35,472 nucleotides of DNA, taken from assembly GCF_001194135.2 (NCBI RefSeq), contig NC_068981.1:43799373-43834844 (forward strand). The letters are read 5' to 3'. The stretch comes from Octopus bimaculoides (Eukaryota). Shown here piece after piece: positions 1-11,596 of the stretch. The position numbers were made by a program, and so were the translations under genes. A model generated the notes under the pieces. It was not told where the DNA came from, made no database searches, and was given only the letters and a program-made list of their open reading frames with translations. Positions within the stretch are counted from its first letter, which is position 1, and every line of letters begins with the position of its first letter.

Positions 1-32
<32 letters not shown>

Positions 33-79
33 ATTTATATGTGTATAAATATATATATACATACAGAGAACATGTATAT

Positions 80-495
80 ATTCTTTTATTCTTGTACTTG
101 TTTCAGTTCTTAGACTACGGCCATGCTGAGGCACTGACTTGGAATTTTAGTTGAAGACCCCGGTAGTTCTTTTTTAAGCCTAGTAATTATTCTATTGGTT
201 CCCTTTTGCCAAACTGCTAAGTTACGAGAACATAAACACACCAGCACAGATTGTCAAGTGGTAGTGTGGGGACAAACAGAGACAAATGCACAAGCACACA
301 CACACATACACACATACACTTACACACATATGCATACATATATACGACAGGCTTCGTTCAGTTTCTGTTTGCCAAATCTACTCACCAAGCTTTGGTTGGC
401 TCGAGGCTATGGTTGAAGACATCTTCCCAAGGTGCCACATAGTGGGACTGAACTGAGAACCGTATGGTTGGGAAGCAAACATCTTACCATACACA
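80..495 (-). mobile_element. tRNA-derived SINE, family A (internal microsatellite, GACTGAAACAAGTAAAAGA-type tail)
   Basis: Reverse-complement similarity to the better preserved copies at 22543 and 30026: head, ggcaccttgggaag...gacggaaactgaa body, (CA)n insert and tail. Confidence 0.85.
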
Positions 496-639
496 CATAC
501 ACACAAAGACACACAGACACACTGACACACAACAGATACACACACACATATGCATGTATACTTGTGCATGTGTGTGCGTATATGTATGTGTGTATGAATG
601 TATGTATGCATCTATGTGTATATTTCTCTCTGTCTTGAC

Positions 640-828
640 ACAGAGAGATGGTTGCAAATGAATAGTACCCCCATACAATCAGTGTTCTTTGCTTCAAACC
701 TACCAAAATGACAGATCTAATCGAAAGAAGTGAATTGGTGATGGGAAAGGCATCCAGTGGTAGAAACTCTGCCTGAATGTCTGGCCCATGCAAAGCATGA
801 CAAAATGGATGTTAAAATGATGATGATA
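640..828 (+). mobile_element. Retroposon remnant with RTE-type 3' tail
   Basis: Contains gggaaaggcatccag...gtagaaactctgcc...cccatgcaaagcatg...ggatgttaaaatgatgatgat, the same tail as 4870-5030. Confidence 0.7.
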
Positions 829-886
829 TATGCTAATTTAACGATTTGCAGCAAATAGCAGGACGTTTCAGTCTTATTGATCTTAC

Positions 887-941
887 CAAATGAATATGGA
901 TTAAGATCCCATTTTAGAATATATAATACTGAAATACATCT
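887..941 (-). CDS. Candidate 55-nt exon of an unidentified minus-strand gene
   Basis: Acceptor tgttttttaattttccag| and donor |gtaaga. The only open frame is RCISVLYILKWDLNPYSF(G). No confident homology. Confidence 0.3.
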
Positions 942-1283
942 CTGGAAAATTAAAAAACAATATTGAACACATAGAGAGTGGGTAGGAGTAGGTGAAGTCT
1001 TTATTGCATTTTTTCCCATCTGTAAGTTCCAATTTTAATGGATTTTATTAAAGTAAATATATTCATAGAGGAAGAAAAGTTAGGAAAATGGAAGTTAGAA
1101 AGAACATAATTAAATGTGGAATAGTAAATATGAAAGAGAAAGAGAGTGAGGGTTGAGGAAGCATATTAATGTCATAAAGGTAGGAGGTGGGGAAGATTCA
1201 AGTACTAAGTGTTTGGACCAAAAATATTTTCAGAATTGGTCTTTTAATAAAGGCACTGGTATGCACGCATGTGTGTGTGTGTG

Positions 1284-1338
<55 letters not shown>

Positions 1339-1543
1339 ACAAACACACACACACATTTATCATCATCATCATTTTATGGAGAGTAAAAGAGAATAGGTGC
1401 AATAAACACTGTAAACAAACAGGAAACAACTTCTATCTCATTCNNNNNNNNNNNNNNNNNNNNNNNNNNNNNNNNNNNNNNNNNNNNNNNNNNNNNNNNN
1501 NNNNNNNNNNNNNNNNNNNNNNNNNNNNNNNNNNNNNNNNNNN

Positions 1544-1579
<36 letters not shown>

Positions 1580-1837
1580 GCATATATATACCGTTACTAT
1601 TGTGCAAAATTGTAGTAAGGCTGAAATGTTGCTTTTTCAGAAAACGAATTAATAGTTTCACCATTCCATAACAAAAGCGTTGTACTACACTTTGACAATT
1701 TTTGATATCTTGACATCTGAAACAGCCTGAGATAGAACAGTTTGACTACAAGAACCGGCTATTGCAGGCCAAAATAAATACTGAAAAATGCATTTGGCCA
1801 AATTTGGACAAACTACAGTTTAACATAATAGCACCAA

Positions 1838-1879
<42 letters not shown>

Positions 1880-2047
1880 TATATATATCTTGTCTTGTTC
1901 CATTCATTAGACTGGGGCTGTATACGTATGTATTACATATGTAGACACACACACAATGAGGATTTTTGTCAACCTGTATCTCGATATTACATAATTAATT
2001 TTATACAAATTCTTATTCAATCATTGCTGAACTTTACAGCTTTAATA

Positions 2048-3141
2048 ATGGGTGATGAAAGAATTGTAATTGGAGCCACTGCATACCATTTGTGAAAGTA
2101 AGGACTGAGTGGAGGTGGTAAAAGAAATTAATGATGTGAAAGGCTAACTACCTGTCGGTGAACATGTGGCACAAAACTGGTTCTGATGTTTCAATGAAGT
2201 TGTCACCAGCCATGAAGACAAACTGAGGTCAAAGGACCTTCCGTTATGGAAGATGAGACCTTCCTTGAAATAGTCAAATAACAGCCAAGCACAAGTACTC
2301 GTACATTGTCAGCATAACTTGGCCCTTCACACAGCACGATCAATCAACATTTCCATAAGCTTTGTCTTTTAAATAGATGCTGTCAAGAAATTTAGCATGA
2401 ACTGACCAATGACTAGACTCAGTGGTGTGTGAACATTTGTAAACAACTATTGACAAATATTTGAGATGTTAATTTTTAGTATCAACTTGAAACTGGGGAT
2501 GAAAAATGGATCTACTTTTATAATTCTAATAAGAAAAATCAGTGGCTCCATTCTGTCCAGCCTTCAGAACCTATTGTCACACAAAGGCAGTTTGAACAGA
2601 AGGTCATGTTGTGCATTTGGTAGAATTTTCGAGGATGAGTTGAACTTTAAGCTTGTCCTAAATAGTCGTGCAGTGAATGCTACTATTTATGCTTAACAAC
2701 CTTAGCAAGTATATGATGCTTTGAAAACCTGCTACCCAGCATTTATCAATTAAGGATGTGTGCTCTTACAGCATGACAGTACTCGAGCACACACTGCCAA
2801 TGTGACCAAGTGCAAACCTAATGAACCTGGGGTACTGGAAGTGCTGCCTCACCTTGCTTACAGTCCAGACACTTTATACCATATTTTCCAAGCCATGGCT
2901 AATTTTCTGCATGGATGAAGGTTCAGGAATATGGATCTGTATGAAAAATATGCAGGGTGTTTTTTGTGTTTAAACCAATGAAATGGTACAAATATGGAAC
3001 CAAGCTTCTGGCACAACGATGACAACAGATAATAAAATATGATGGAATATATTTTGAAGAATAAGCACTTTTTGTATGTAATTTGTTTGAACTATTGATT
3101 AAAGTATGAAATACAAAAAATACTTTAAACTCAACCTGGTA
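2048..3141 (+). mobile_element. Decayed mariner transposon (transposase pseudogene; only the right end is recognisable)
   Basis: Fragmented frames give VGEHVAQNWF, TGDEKW (about 2495), KVMLCIW, LLQHDSTRAH (about 2763) and HLAYSPD..YHIF (about 2850). Many stops and frameshifts. Ends in tttaaactcaacctgg+TA. No left TIR found. Confidence 0.88.
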
Positions 3142-3199
3142 TATAAATTATCATCTTCATTATCCTTATCATCATTCTTAGTCATCGTATGCTCACTGA

Positions 3200-4020
3200 A
3201 AGGCAAAAGGCCTCTCTTGGCTGATGCCAATATTGTCTCTACCCTATGCTATTCCTGTAATACCAATCATCTTACCTCATTTCTTTATCTTGTTTACCAT
3301 CTTCCCACTTTGTATGAATCTGTTACCATTTGTCTCCAATCTGTACACAGTTTTGTTCACCCTGTTCCATTTGCTCACCTCTATTTCATCTTCTTAATAT
3401 GTCTTGTGAAATCTTGTACTTCTATTTGATCTCTTATTCATTGATAAGTTTTACTGCCCTTTTAAGACATTCCTAACATACATCTTTCTATACATCTTTG
3501 TGTTGTTCCAAGTTTCTGTTGCATGTTTCATATCATTGGTTATGTTTCTACAGCATAAGCCATTGACTAGTATGATTTACTAAACACAATGTTTCAAGCA
3601 ATGTCATCTTACATTTCATAATGTCAATTTACCAAAAGCACACCTTCCAGCTGGGATTTGTCTTTTTACTTAGTGTAATTGGCTGAATCTAACATTAACT
3701 AACTGTTCAAGATAAATCTATTTGTCAGTTCTTATAGTATCATGATGACTTCATCTGTTGTATGGCTATGGAACATGAACTGTGTTTCTTTCCTATTTAT
3801 TTTAAATCCTGTCTTGTTGCTTGGACTGTTCAGTTCATTTAACATTTGTTTAGGTTCATGCACATAATTTGAGAAGAGAAGCTACCACATAAATCCTGTA
3901 AAAACTGCATTTGTGGACATGTTGTGTCTCATTTTACATGCAATATGCTTGGTTCAGTTCTTGCCTGACATAAAAATTTCAGGCTGTGCTTATTACAGTC
4001 TCTGACATGATGCTTAAATA
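3200..4020 (-). mobile_element. Decayed RTE-type LINE, RT C-terminal part
   Basis: Minus-strand fragments KQMLNELN, TGFKINRKETQFM, IQL(G)..AFGKLDIMKCKM and IKKMK*R*A match recalled RTE/BovB RT C-terminal motifs. Confidence 0.65.
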
Positions 4021-4666
4021 TGCATGAATGATATTTCTACCCAAATATCCAAAATTAATCATCATATTTTTCACTGAAATAAAACTAATAAACTGCATGT
4101 AAACAAATCTTTTGGCAACTCTTAACAAATTAAATCCATGTTAATGAACTCTTAATTCTCTATATTTAATAATTTCTAGCTTATTGATTTAATTATATGT
4201 AAAACACATTTTATTAAATTTCATCACAAGCAGTAATAAAATAAATAACACACTCTTGCTACCCTAGCTTGTACACACCGTCACTTGCTTATTTAAGTTA
4301 TATAAAATACATTTTCTGATGTTATAAAACATGTTTGGAAATTTATTAAGTTATATATCTATAATATAATGCATCACTTTGCAGTGATCTGCTCTACTTC
4401 TGTGAAATGCAGTAATAATGTATAGTAACAATGTTATGTTTCCCTGCTAGTAAATAAGGGATTCAGCTGTACTTACCAACAGATTAAAATGTTATCCTTG
4501 GATTTCGATATTTGTGTAGTAAATGAATGATTAAAATATGCTAGTATGCAATGAAGTTAAATGCAAAATATTTTATGGAATGCTAGCTATTCAGGGCAAC
4601 GATGAAACATATTCTTATAATGTTATTATCTTTTCTTACTTACTCACCGATTATAATTATTCATAC

Positions 4667-4705
<39 letters not shown>

Positions 4706-4735
4706 ACATACACACACACATATATNNNNNNNNNN

Positions 4736-5030
4736 TGACTGGCCTTGTAGGGTTTTCGAGCGAGATCGTTGCCAGTGCCCCTGGACTGGCTCTTGTGCGG
4801 GTGGCACATAAAAGTCACCATTTCGAGCGTGACTGTTTTCGTGCGGGTGACATGTAAAAGCACCCACTACACTCTCTGAGTGGTTGGCGTTAGGAAGGGC
4901 ATCCAGCTGTAGAAACTCTGCCAAATTAGATTGGAGCCTGGTGTTGCCATCCGGTTTCACCAGTCCTCAGTTAAATTGTCCAACCCATGCTAGCATGGAA
5001 AGCGGACGTTAAACGATGATGATGATGATG
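4736..5030 (+). mobile_element. RTE LINE 3' end (3' UTR with hairpin subrepeats and (GAT)n tail), 5' side lost in a 10-N gap
   Basis: Near-identical to the reverse complement of 29562-29760. Ends in ccatgctagcatggaaagcggacgttaaac(gat)n. Confidence 0.85.
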
Positions 5031-5094
5031 ATACATATATATGTATGTCTATAAATGCATACAAACATATATATACATATGCAAGTATGCTTAT

Positions 5095-5192
5095 AGGTGC
5101 AGGAGTGGCTGCGTGGTAAGAAGCTTGCTTACCAACCACATGGTTCTGAGTTCAGTCCCACTGCATGGCACCTTGGGCAAGTGTCTTCTAAG
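5095..5192 (+). mobile_element. Family A SINE, head only
   Basis: gcaggagtggctgcgtggtaagaagcttgcttaccaaccacatggttctgagttcagtccc, with Pol III A and B box-like motifs. Confidence 0.85.
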
Positions 5193-5207
5193 ACATATAT
5201 ATTTTGT

Positions 5208-5430
5208 TTAAGACGATGAGCTGGCAGAAACTTTAGCACACTGTGTGAAATGCTTAGCAGTATTTCGTCTGTCTTTACATTCTGAGTTCAAATTCCACTG
5301 AGGTTGACTTTGCCTTTAATCCTTTTGGGGTCGATAAATTAAGTACCAGTTGCATACTGGGGTCGATCTAATCAACTGGCCCCCTCACCACAAAATTTCA
5401 GGCCTTGTGCCTAGAGTAGAAAAGAATATA
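5208..5430 (+). mobile_element. SINE, family B
   Basis: gagctggcagaa...ctgagttcaaattcc...gactttgcctttaatccttttggggtcgataaattaagtaccag...ctggggtcgat. Related copies lie at 10620, 12815, 32860 and 34655. Confidence 0.85.
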
Positions 5431-5453
5431 TCTAATTTGTTTATCTGAATAAT

Positions 5454-5497
<44 letters not shown>

Positions 5498-6289
5498 TGC
5501 ATGCATGTGTGCTCACACGCACACACACACATGAAAACCACAATGTGATTGTAAAATAGATAAAATTTAATACAAACTACCACCAACTACATTACATATG
5601 TATAACATAGAATATTTCAATATGTTTTTAATGCACAGCAAGGACCTAGAAAATTTTCATTCTCATCATGATTGCCCAAAACTCTTGTCATTACACCATC
5701 ACCAATTTCAGCTCCAAAAGTATAATAATCAACCAATTCATTCTGGCTGTTTCAAATGTCATTATCTGCTAGTGCTTTTCATTATCAGAGAACACCTCCT
5801 CTCTTTAGACATGTATTCATAACGCATACGATTCACCAGTGTAAGAAGACTTTGAGACACCAGTTTTTCAACTTCATAATGTGTCTGTGTCTCCTGAGAC
5901 AAAGCTATCCTGTGATATTGAATTCAGAATCTACAGAAAACTTTGATGCTTGGCTCTTGTAACTCAAGTTACAATAAATCCTTTTGAATATAAATTGCAC
6001 TCCCAAGTATAGATTCTTTTTTAGTTTCTCATTGGGCAGAATGTCATATCACACATTCCACTTTATTTCTGGTATATTCTTTATTTTTTGCCAGTTAAGA
6101 AAATATGTTTGTAATTCTGTTAGTGTGTTTAATTATGGTGTTAAATTGAACTCTTGCATTTGGCCTTTACAATTGAAGTTTCACAAGTTGGCTAGACACA
6201 GTCACAGCTTATCCTATTTGCATGAAGAAATGTCTGACTTATACAGGATTATGCAAAGTGCATGCAAAGCATGACATCTTAAAGATTCA

Positions 6290-7450
6290 CTATTTATGTT
6301 CCAATTAATCTTTCCATTCCAATTAAACATTTTAAAAATGCATTTTAGCAAAGTATTAAAGTGTTTGGGTGCTGTTATATCCACTTGTCTTACTCTATTT
6401 TTAATACTGATCTTCTTGATTTCAGTGTGAAGTCTTAGATGATATTTCTAGGCTACAGGTTTTCTTAATAATCTGCAAGTATGTTTGATGCATTTCCTGA
6501 TCAATAAAAGCTACAAGCACAGCTGACTTTCAGGTTTATTGAAAGCTTTCTCATAATCAATAAAGCCTACACACAATAGTTGTTTATATTCTCTATATTT
6601 CCGAATAACTTGGTTCATGACCTGTATACAGTCATTTGTTGTAAACCCATTTCTGAACCCTACTTGTTCCCTTGGTTGATGGATGCCAAAGGCAATATTG
6701 ATGTGATTTGTGAGCACTTTGGCATATAATTTATATAAGTTAGGAGCTGATAGGTTTCTAGTTTCAAAGATCTGTAATGTCACTTTACTTGCATAAAGGT
6801 ATGATATTGGCATTGTTCCAACAACTTGGAATTTTAATTGATTTGATGCATTCTGTGAAGAAATCTGCTAGCTGCCAACATACTAAGTCCCTCCTTCTTT
6901 GACAAAATTATTGAACACTTAATCTTCACTGAGTGCCTTTCTAATTTTCATATCTTAATTTCATCTTAATTTTATTACTTGACATTTCATCTTTATTGCT
7001 ATTTCATCTTTATGAACTGCATTAATTTCTAAGGCCCTTCATTGTTCCTTGCTTCAGTATAACACCTGATAGATTTCTTCTATGCTATGCATGATCCCTT
7101 CTTATCATTTCCCATTTGCTCACCGCCAGAACTTGGAACATTACTTTGCAGCTTCCCTAACACATAATTGTTTTTATTTGTCTGTATCATTCAAAATTCA
7201 TTAAATTTTGTGTTCATTAAAATTCATTAAAAACCGTTCATCAAATTTTTATATTTCCTCTTTCATCCTGGTTTTCTGGATACCACTATCGTTTTTCCCT
7301 TTCATTCTCTCTTCATTCACTTGAGTGTTTTCTGAGGTGTCTTTGTGAGTATATTTCTCCCTGATATCCTTACACAATGTCAGATAATGTGAGCCTCCTT
7401 TCCATTCAATGGATCTATCTTTGTCTTCCAGTTCATCATTTAACACATAA
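6290..7450 (-). mobile_element. Decayed RTE-type LINE, RT domain
   Basis: ORF 6511-6813 reads LYKLYAKVL...QPREQVGFRNGFTTNDCIQ...LCVGFIDYEKAFN. It continues out of frame as KISIKNRVRQVDITAPKHF (degenerate GVRQGD..SPKLF). Confidence 0.9.
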
Positions 7451-7629
7451 AATCTATCTTGTATTCCTATTTGATTTTATGTTTCTATTTGAAATTCATC
7501 TGGAGACCGCATACATTTACTTGTGATTTCCTTTTTATAACTAATTTATCTCTTTCAAACCTCATATTAAGTTTAATAGTTGTACTTACCAGGCAATGGT
7601 TGCTCTGTGTAGAAACAGTATTTCACAAT

Positions 7630-7859
7630 AGTTTACTTACTCTTTTACTTGTTTCAGTAATTTGACTGTGGCTATGCTGGAACATTGCCTTTAGTCGGAC
7701 AAATTGGCCACAGGACTTATTCTTTGCAAGCCTAGTACTTATTCTATTGATCTCTTGCTGAACCGCTAAGTTACGGGGAAGTAAACACACCAGCATGGGT
7801 TATCAAGCAATGGTTGGGGGGACAAACTCAGACACACAAACATATACACACCCACACAC

Positions 7860-7892
<33 letters not shown>

Positions 7893-8046
7893 TGATGGGC
7901 TTCTTTCAGTTTCCATCTTACAAATCCACTCACAAGGCTTTGGTTGGCCTGAGGCTATAGTAGAAAACACTTGCCCAAGGTGCCATGCAGTGGGTCTGAA
8001 CCCGGAGCCAAGTGGTTGGTAAGCAAGCTACTTACCACACAGCCAT
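7630..8046 (-). mobile_element. Family A SINE
   Basis: Full head-to-tail similarity to the 22543 copy, with an internal (CA)/(TA) tract. Confidence 0.88.
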
Positions 8047-8529
8047 ATTACTTGGAGACTGTGGCTAATACTCATCATAATGACTACAATTACATGTTTG
8101 TAACTTGTGGATGCCACTAATGAATATTTAGTTTTATTAGTGGTTTTAATAAAATTCCTTCTAATCAAGAGTTCACTATATTACTTAAGCTCCCTGAGAT
8201 GGCAAAAATGTTACTCTCTATTTGAGGATTAGTGATGGTAGTCACTAGATGTACTGGCTTAACTTGCTAAAAGAAGCTGCCTCAAGGAATTCCATCTAAC
8301 CCATGCAAGCATGGAAAAGTGGATGTTATAACAAAAAGGACACACACTCTCTCTCTCACACACACACACACACACATGCACACACATGCACACGCACACA
8401 CACACTCACACACACACACACACACATACATATGTATGTATGCATGTATGTATGCATGTATGTATGTATGTATGTATGCATGTATGTATGCATACACATT
8501 CTCACACAGATATGTAGGAAAATTCTTGA

Positions 8530-10450
8530 ATTAAAGATGAAGAAAACCAGAAATCCAAGTATAAGAACCTACCTGAAAATGAAATATTCTCATTCAGAAA
8601 ATGGATTCTTTTGTTACAGGGATCAGATGGCAAGCCTTCCATTTGGCAACAACATGTCAGTATAAGAAATTTTAATTTAAAGAGCGTACATGTCCTCCTT
8701 GAACCTGCACTTGGCACAGTTCAAGAAGAATCTTTTTATATTTTTCTAAATTATTAAATTCACTAAGTAAAGTAACCCTTTTCAAAAACATCTCAAGATC
8801 AATATAAGAAGCATAAGAATTTAAATGATCTGTTGTTTATTCTGACAAGACTGATAATTTGTATCAGAGAGAAATTCATTCTACTATTTTTTATTCAACA
8901 AATGCTGTTAAAAGTACTATAACGGAAGTTGGAAAATAATGAATAATATCAAGAATTCCAGAGTTAAGATTTTTTAATCACATATCCAAAATTGAACAGA
9001 ACTATTCACTCCTATTTCTTCTCACTTCTCACAGAAAGTTCATAACCTAGATTTCAATAAAATATCAAGCCAATTAATCCTACTAAATCAAATATTAATA
9101 AATTTAGCAAATGTAGGACATTATCAGACCTCAAAGAAGTAGCTCCTTTAGCCCAATGAAATAATTTCTTTTTAGTGATAGCTTGGTTCAACGGTATTCC
9201 TAATAACGGATTTATAAAATTTACTTAATTTGATTAAATAATTGTTATGTATCAATCACATTATTACAATTACTTAAGGCTGTTAATTTTTGCTAAAATC
9301 ATTACTACATTTAACAGTAACAAGATTGATGCAAATATCCATGCTTGAAACGTTGTTGCAAATTATGATAATTCTATACAAATACAAAATTAACAAACAC
9401 CATTTTGATGTTAGTGAGAGTGTGATGATGTCAGCTGATGTCACTTTCCATATTTGGCTTATGTACTGTGTCTCAGTTTAAGGAGGAAATTCCTTATATA
9501 AAAAGGAGTTTGCATAGAGATGTCAATTTATTGATTATGAACAATTGCATACCCAGTTTTGAGCTATAGATATATACAATAAGGAGTTGATTGGTTTCTT
9601 CAAAGGTCATAGTTTGTCTATTCCAATAGATAATATATACACAGTAAATTTTATGAATGTGACCATGAATATTTTTCAAAGATTATTTTATTCATATAGA
9701 ATCAGATAAGAACATTAATTATATAACTTTTTGAACCAACTAAACAGCATAAAAATATTTGTTAAAAACTTCTCATTGAATTTATCTTAACTGTCAGCTA
9801 ATGATTTGATTTCTTTTATTTACTCAGCTTTTCACTATGAAACGGTGATTCATTGTGGTTTTGAGGATAAGCTGTATTATATTAAATACGAATGTAAAAT
9901 TAGGATGAATATTCTACATTCAAAATGCCAAATAATATTTAGTATAACACACCATTTAATATGGAAGTGCAACACCGATAACCAATGTATTTACTTTACT
10001 TAAAAACATAGACATTATAAAGTTTTAACTAGAGTGCTCTTGAATTACCTTATTTCACTACTCTTAGCCTCATGCAAAATATTAGATGTTGGAACGAAGC
10101 TAAATTAGCAAGTAGTATCAATGATAGTATTAATAATGTTGATTTGTGGGTATAAGGCAATCTATAATTGTGTTAATAGGAATAATTGCTCTTTAGATGG
10201 GAATTGCTCAATTAATCATGTGGTGCATAAATGCATGGCTAACATTTCTATTACTAGTAAATCTTTCATAGATTTGACAACCAATAGATTTAACTTTCTA
10301 TACCACACACACTCATACATTTTGAAACCCAGCTAAAAGAAATACGTTATCATTTTGGAATGTTTTATATGTTGAAATGCATTTAGAATTCCATCAAAAA
10401 TTGAATCCTAAGCAAAAAAAAGGATCTCTATTGCTTCAGTTGTACATAAA
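8530..10450 (+). mobile_element. Decayed, near-full-length Penelope-like element (RT followed by GIY-YIG endonuclease)
   Basis: Colinear broken-frame motifs: MKKTRNPSIRTYLKM (8537), NPFQKHLK, VYSDKTDNLY (8835), INPTKS, AWFNGIPN..KF..FD (9181), LHRDV (degenerate YRDD, 9510), VNFMNVTMN (9644), YNTPFN (9944), and CVNRNNCSLDGNCSINHVVHKC...FIDLTTNRFNFLYHTH (10168-10315). Confidence 0.8.
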
Positions 10451-10619
10451 TCATAAGGCCTTTCACTAAAATCTTTCAATGGCTGTCATGCTATTTTGGA
10501 TCAAATGCATATATATATATATATGCAGTCATATATATATCACCACCACCACCACTGTCATTATAATCATTTAACATTCTGTTTCCATGCTGGCATAGAT
10601 AGACTGGTAATATTGGTTT

Positions 10620-10745
10620 TTGGTACAGGGCCAGCAAGTTAGGGGGTAAGTTGATTACATCAACCCTAGTTCTCAACTGGTTCTTATTTCACAGACCTTT
10701 TAAGGATGAAAGACAAAGATAACCTTGGCACAGAACATAAAGATG
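10620..10745 (-). mobile_element. Family B SINE fragment next to an RTE-type tail (10540-10600)
   Basis: Contains ttgattacatcaaccctagttctcaactggttcttatttcacagacctttaaggatgaaagacaaag. Confidence 0.7.
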
Positions 10746-11554
10746 GATAAAATGCCACTAAATATTTTGCCTGGCACGCAAACAATCTTAAGAAGAATTG
10801 TAATATTGTAACAGGGTAAGTTCTTACCCTGTTGACTACTGTGTGAGGGATGGTGATGGAATGAGAGTTACTAGGAAGATGAAAGACGATATCTTTTATC
10901 TTAGAGTTCATCATCATACACATTTATTAAAGGAGCAAAGAACTTGTCCCAAAAAATTGTTTGATCTTTATGGTATATTATCTCTTTACACAACTCAGTG
11001 TAGAAACTGAGTTCATTGTAAACTCTTATCAAGTAGATACTATTATTTGTTCTTGCCAGTTGGTTACTCAAAAATTGGTGGATTGGTAGTGGTTGTGGTG
11101 GTGTCAGATGTATTGGTTTTGGTGGTGTTGGTGATGGCAAGTAATATTGTCATTGGTGGAGGTGGTCATATTTTTTTTGTTAACTGTATTGTTGTTCCTG
11201 TTTAGTCTCAAGTCAATTCTAATTGAGCAAAGACCAAAGACATTTCATTCAACATTTAAAGTAAGCTAGGGTACCATATTTTCTCAAACGATTGTCTTTT
11301 ATTTTATAAGGAATTGCTTATCTTGTTTTTACTATTGTTACTGTTGTAGTTGGTCTTTAAAGAAATGGTGGGTTGGTAATTGTGGTGGTTGCATCGATTT
11401 TGGTGTTTTGGCTATTGTATTGGCGTTTATAAGAGATAGTGGTGGTCATGAAAGTTGACTGAAATAGATAGACATGTAGGTAGGTATGTATGGGGTAAGT
11501 CGATAGAGAGTTATATATATTGACAGACAGACAGATAGACAAATGAATAGATAG

Positions 11555-11596
11555 ACAAACAGACAGACATATAGATAGATAGATAGATAGATAGAT
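11555..11596. repeat. (GATA)/(GACA) tetranucleotide microsatellite
   Basis: Read directly from the sequence. Confidence 0.95.

Noticed and set aside
4935-4975. Hammerhead-like CTGAGGA-ctggt-GAAA-ccgg on the minus strand of the RTE tail
   Set aside because: Stem II cannot form, no UH triplet follows the CCGG, there is no stem I, it is antisense to the element, and it is not conserved in the 16.3 and 28.5 kb copies.
3200-7450. The two minus-strand RTE RT fragments as one split element
   Set aside because: The order is compatible, but the junction could not be matched and no TSDs were found, so they are kept as separate remnants.
8530-8760. Open + strand frame KNLPENEIFSFRKWILLLQGSDGKPSIWQQH... 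and a possible 36-nt exon
   Set aside because: It is better explained as the decayed N-terminal part of the Penelope-like ORF.
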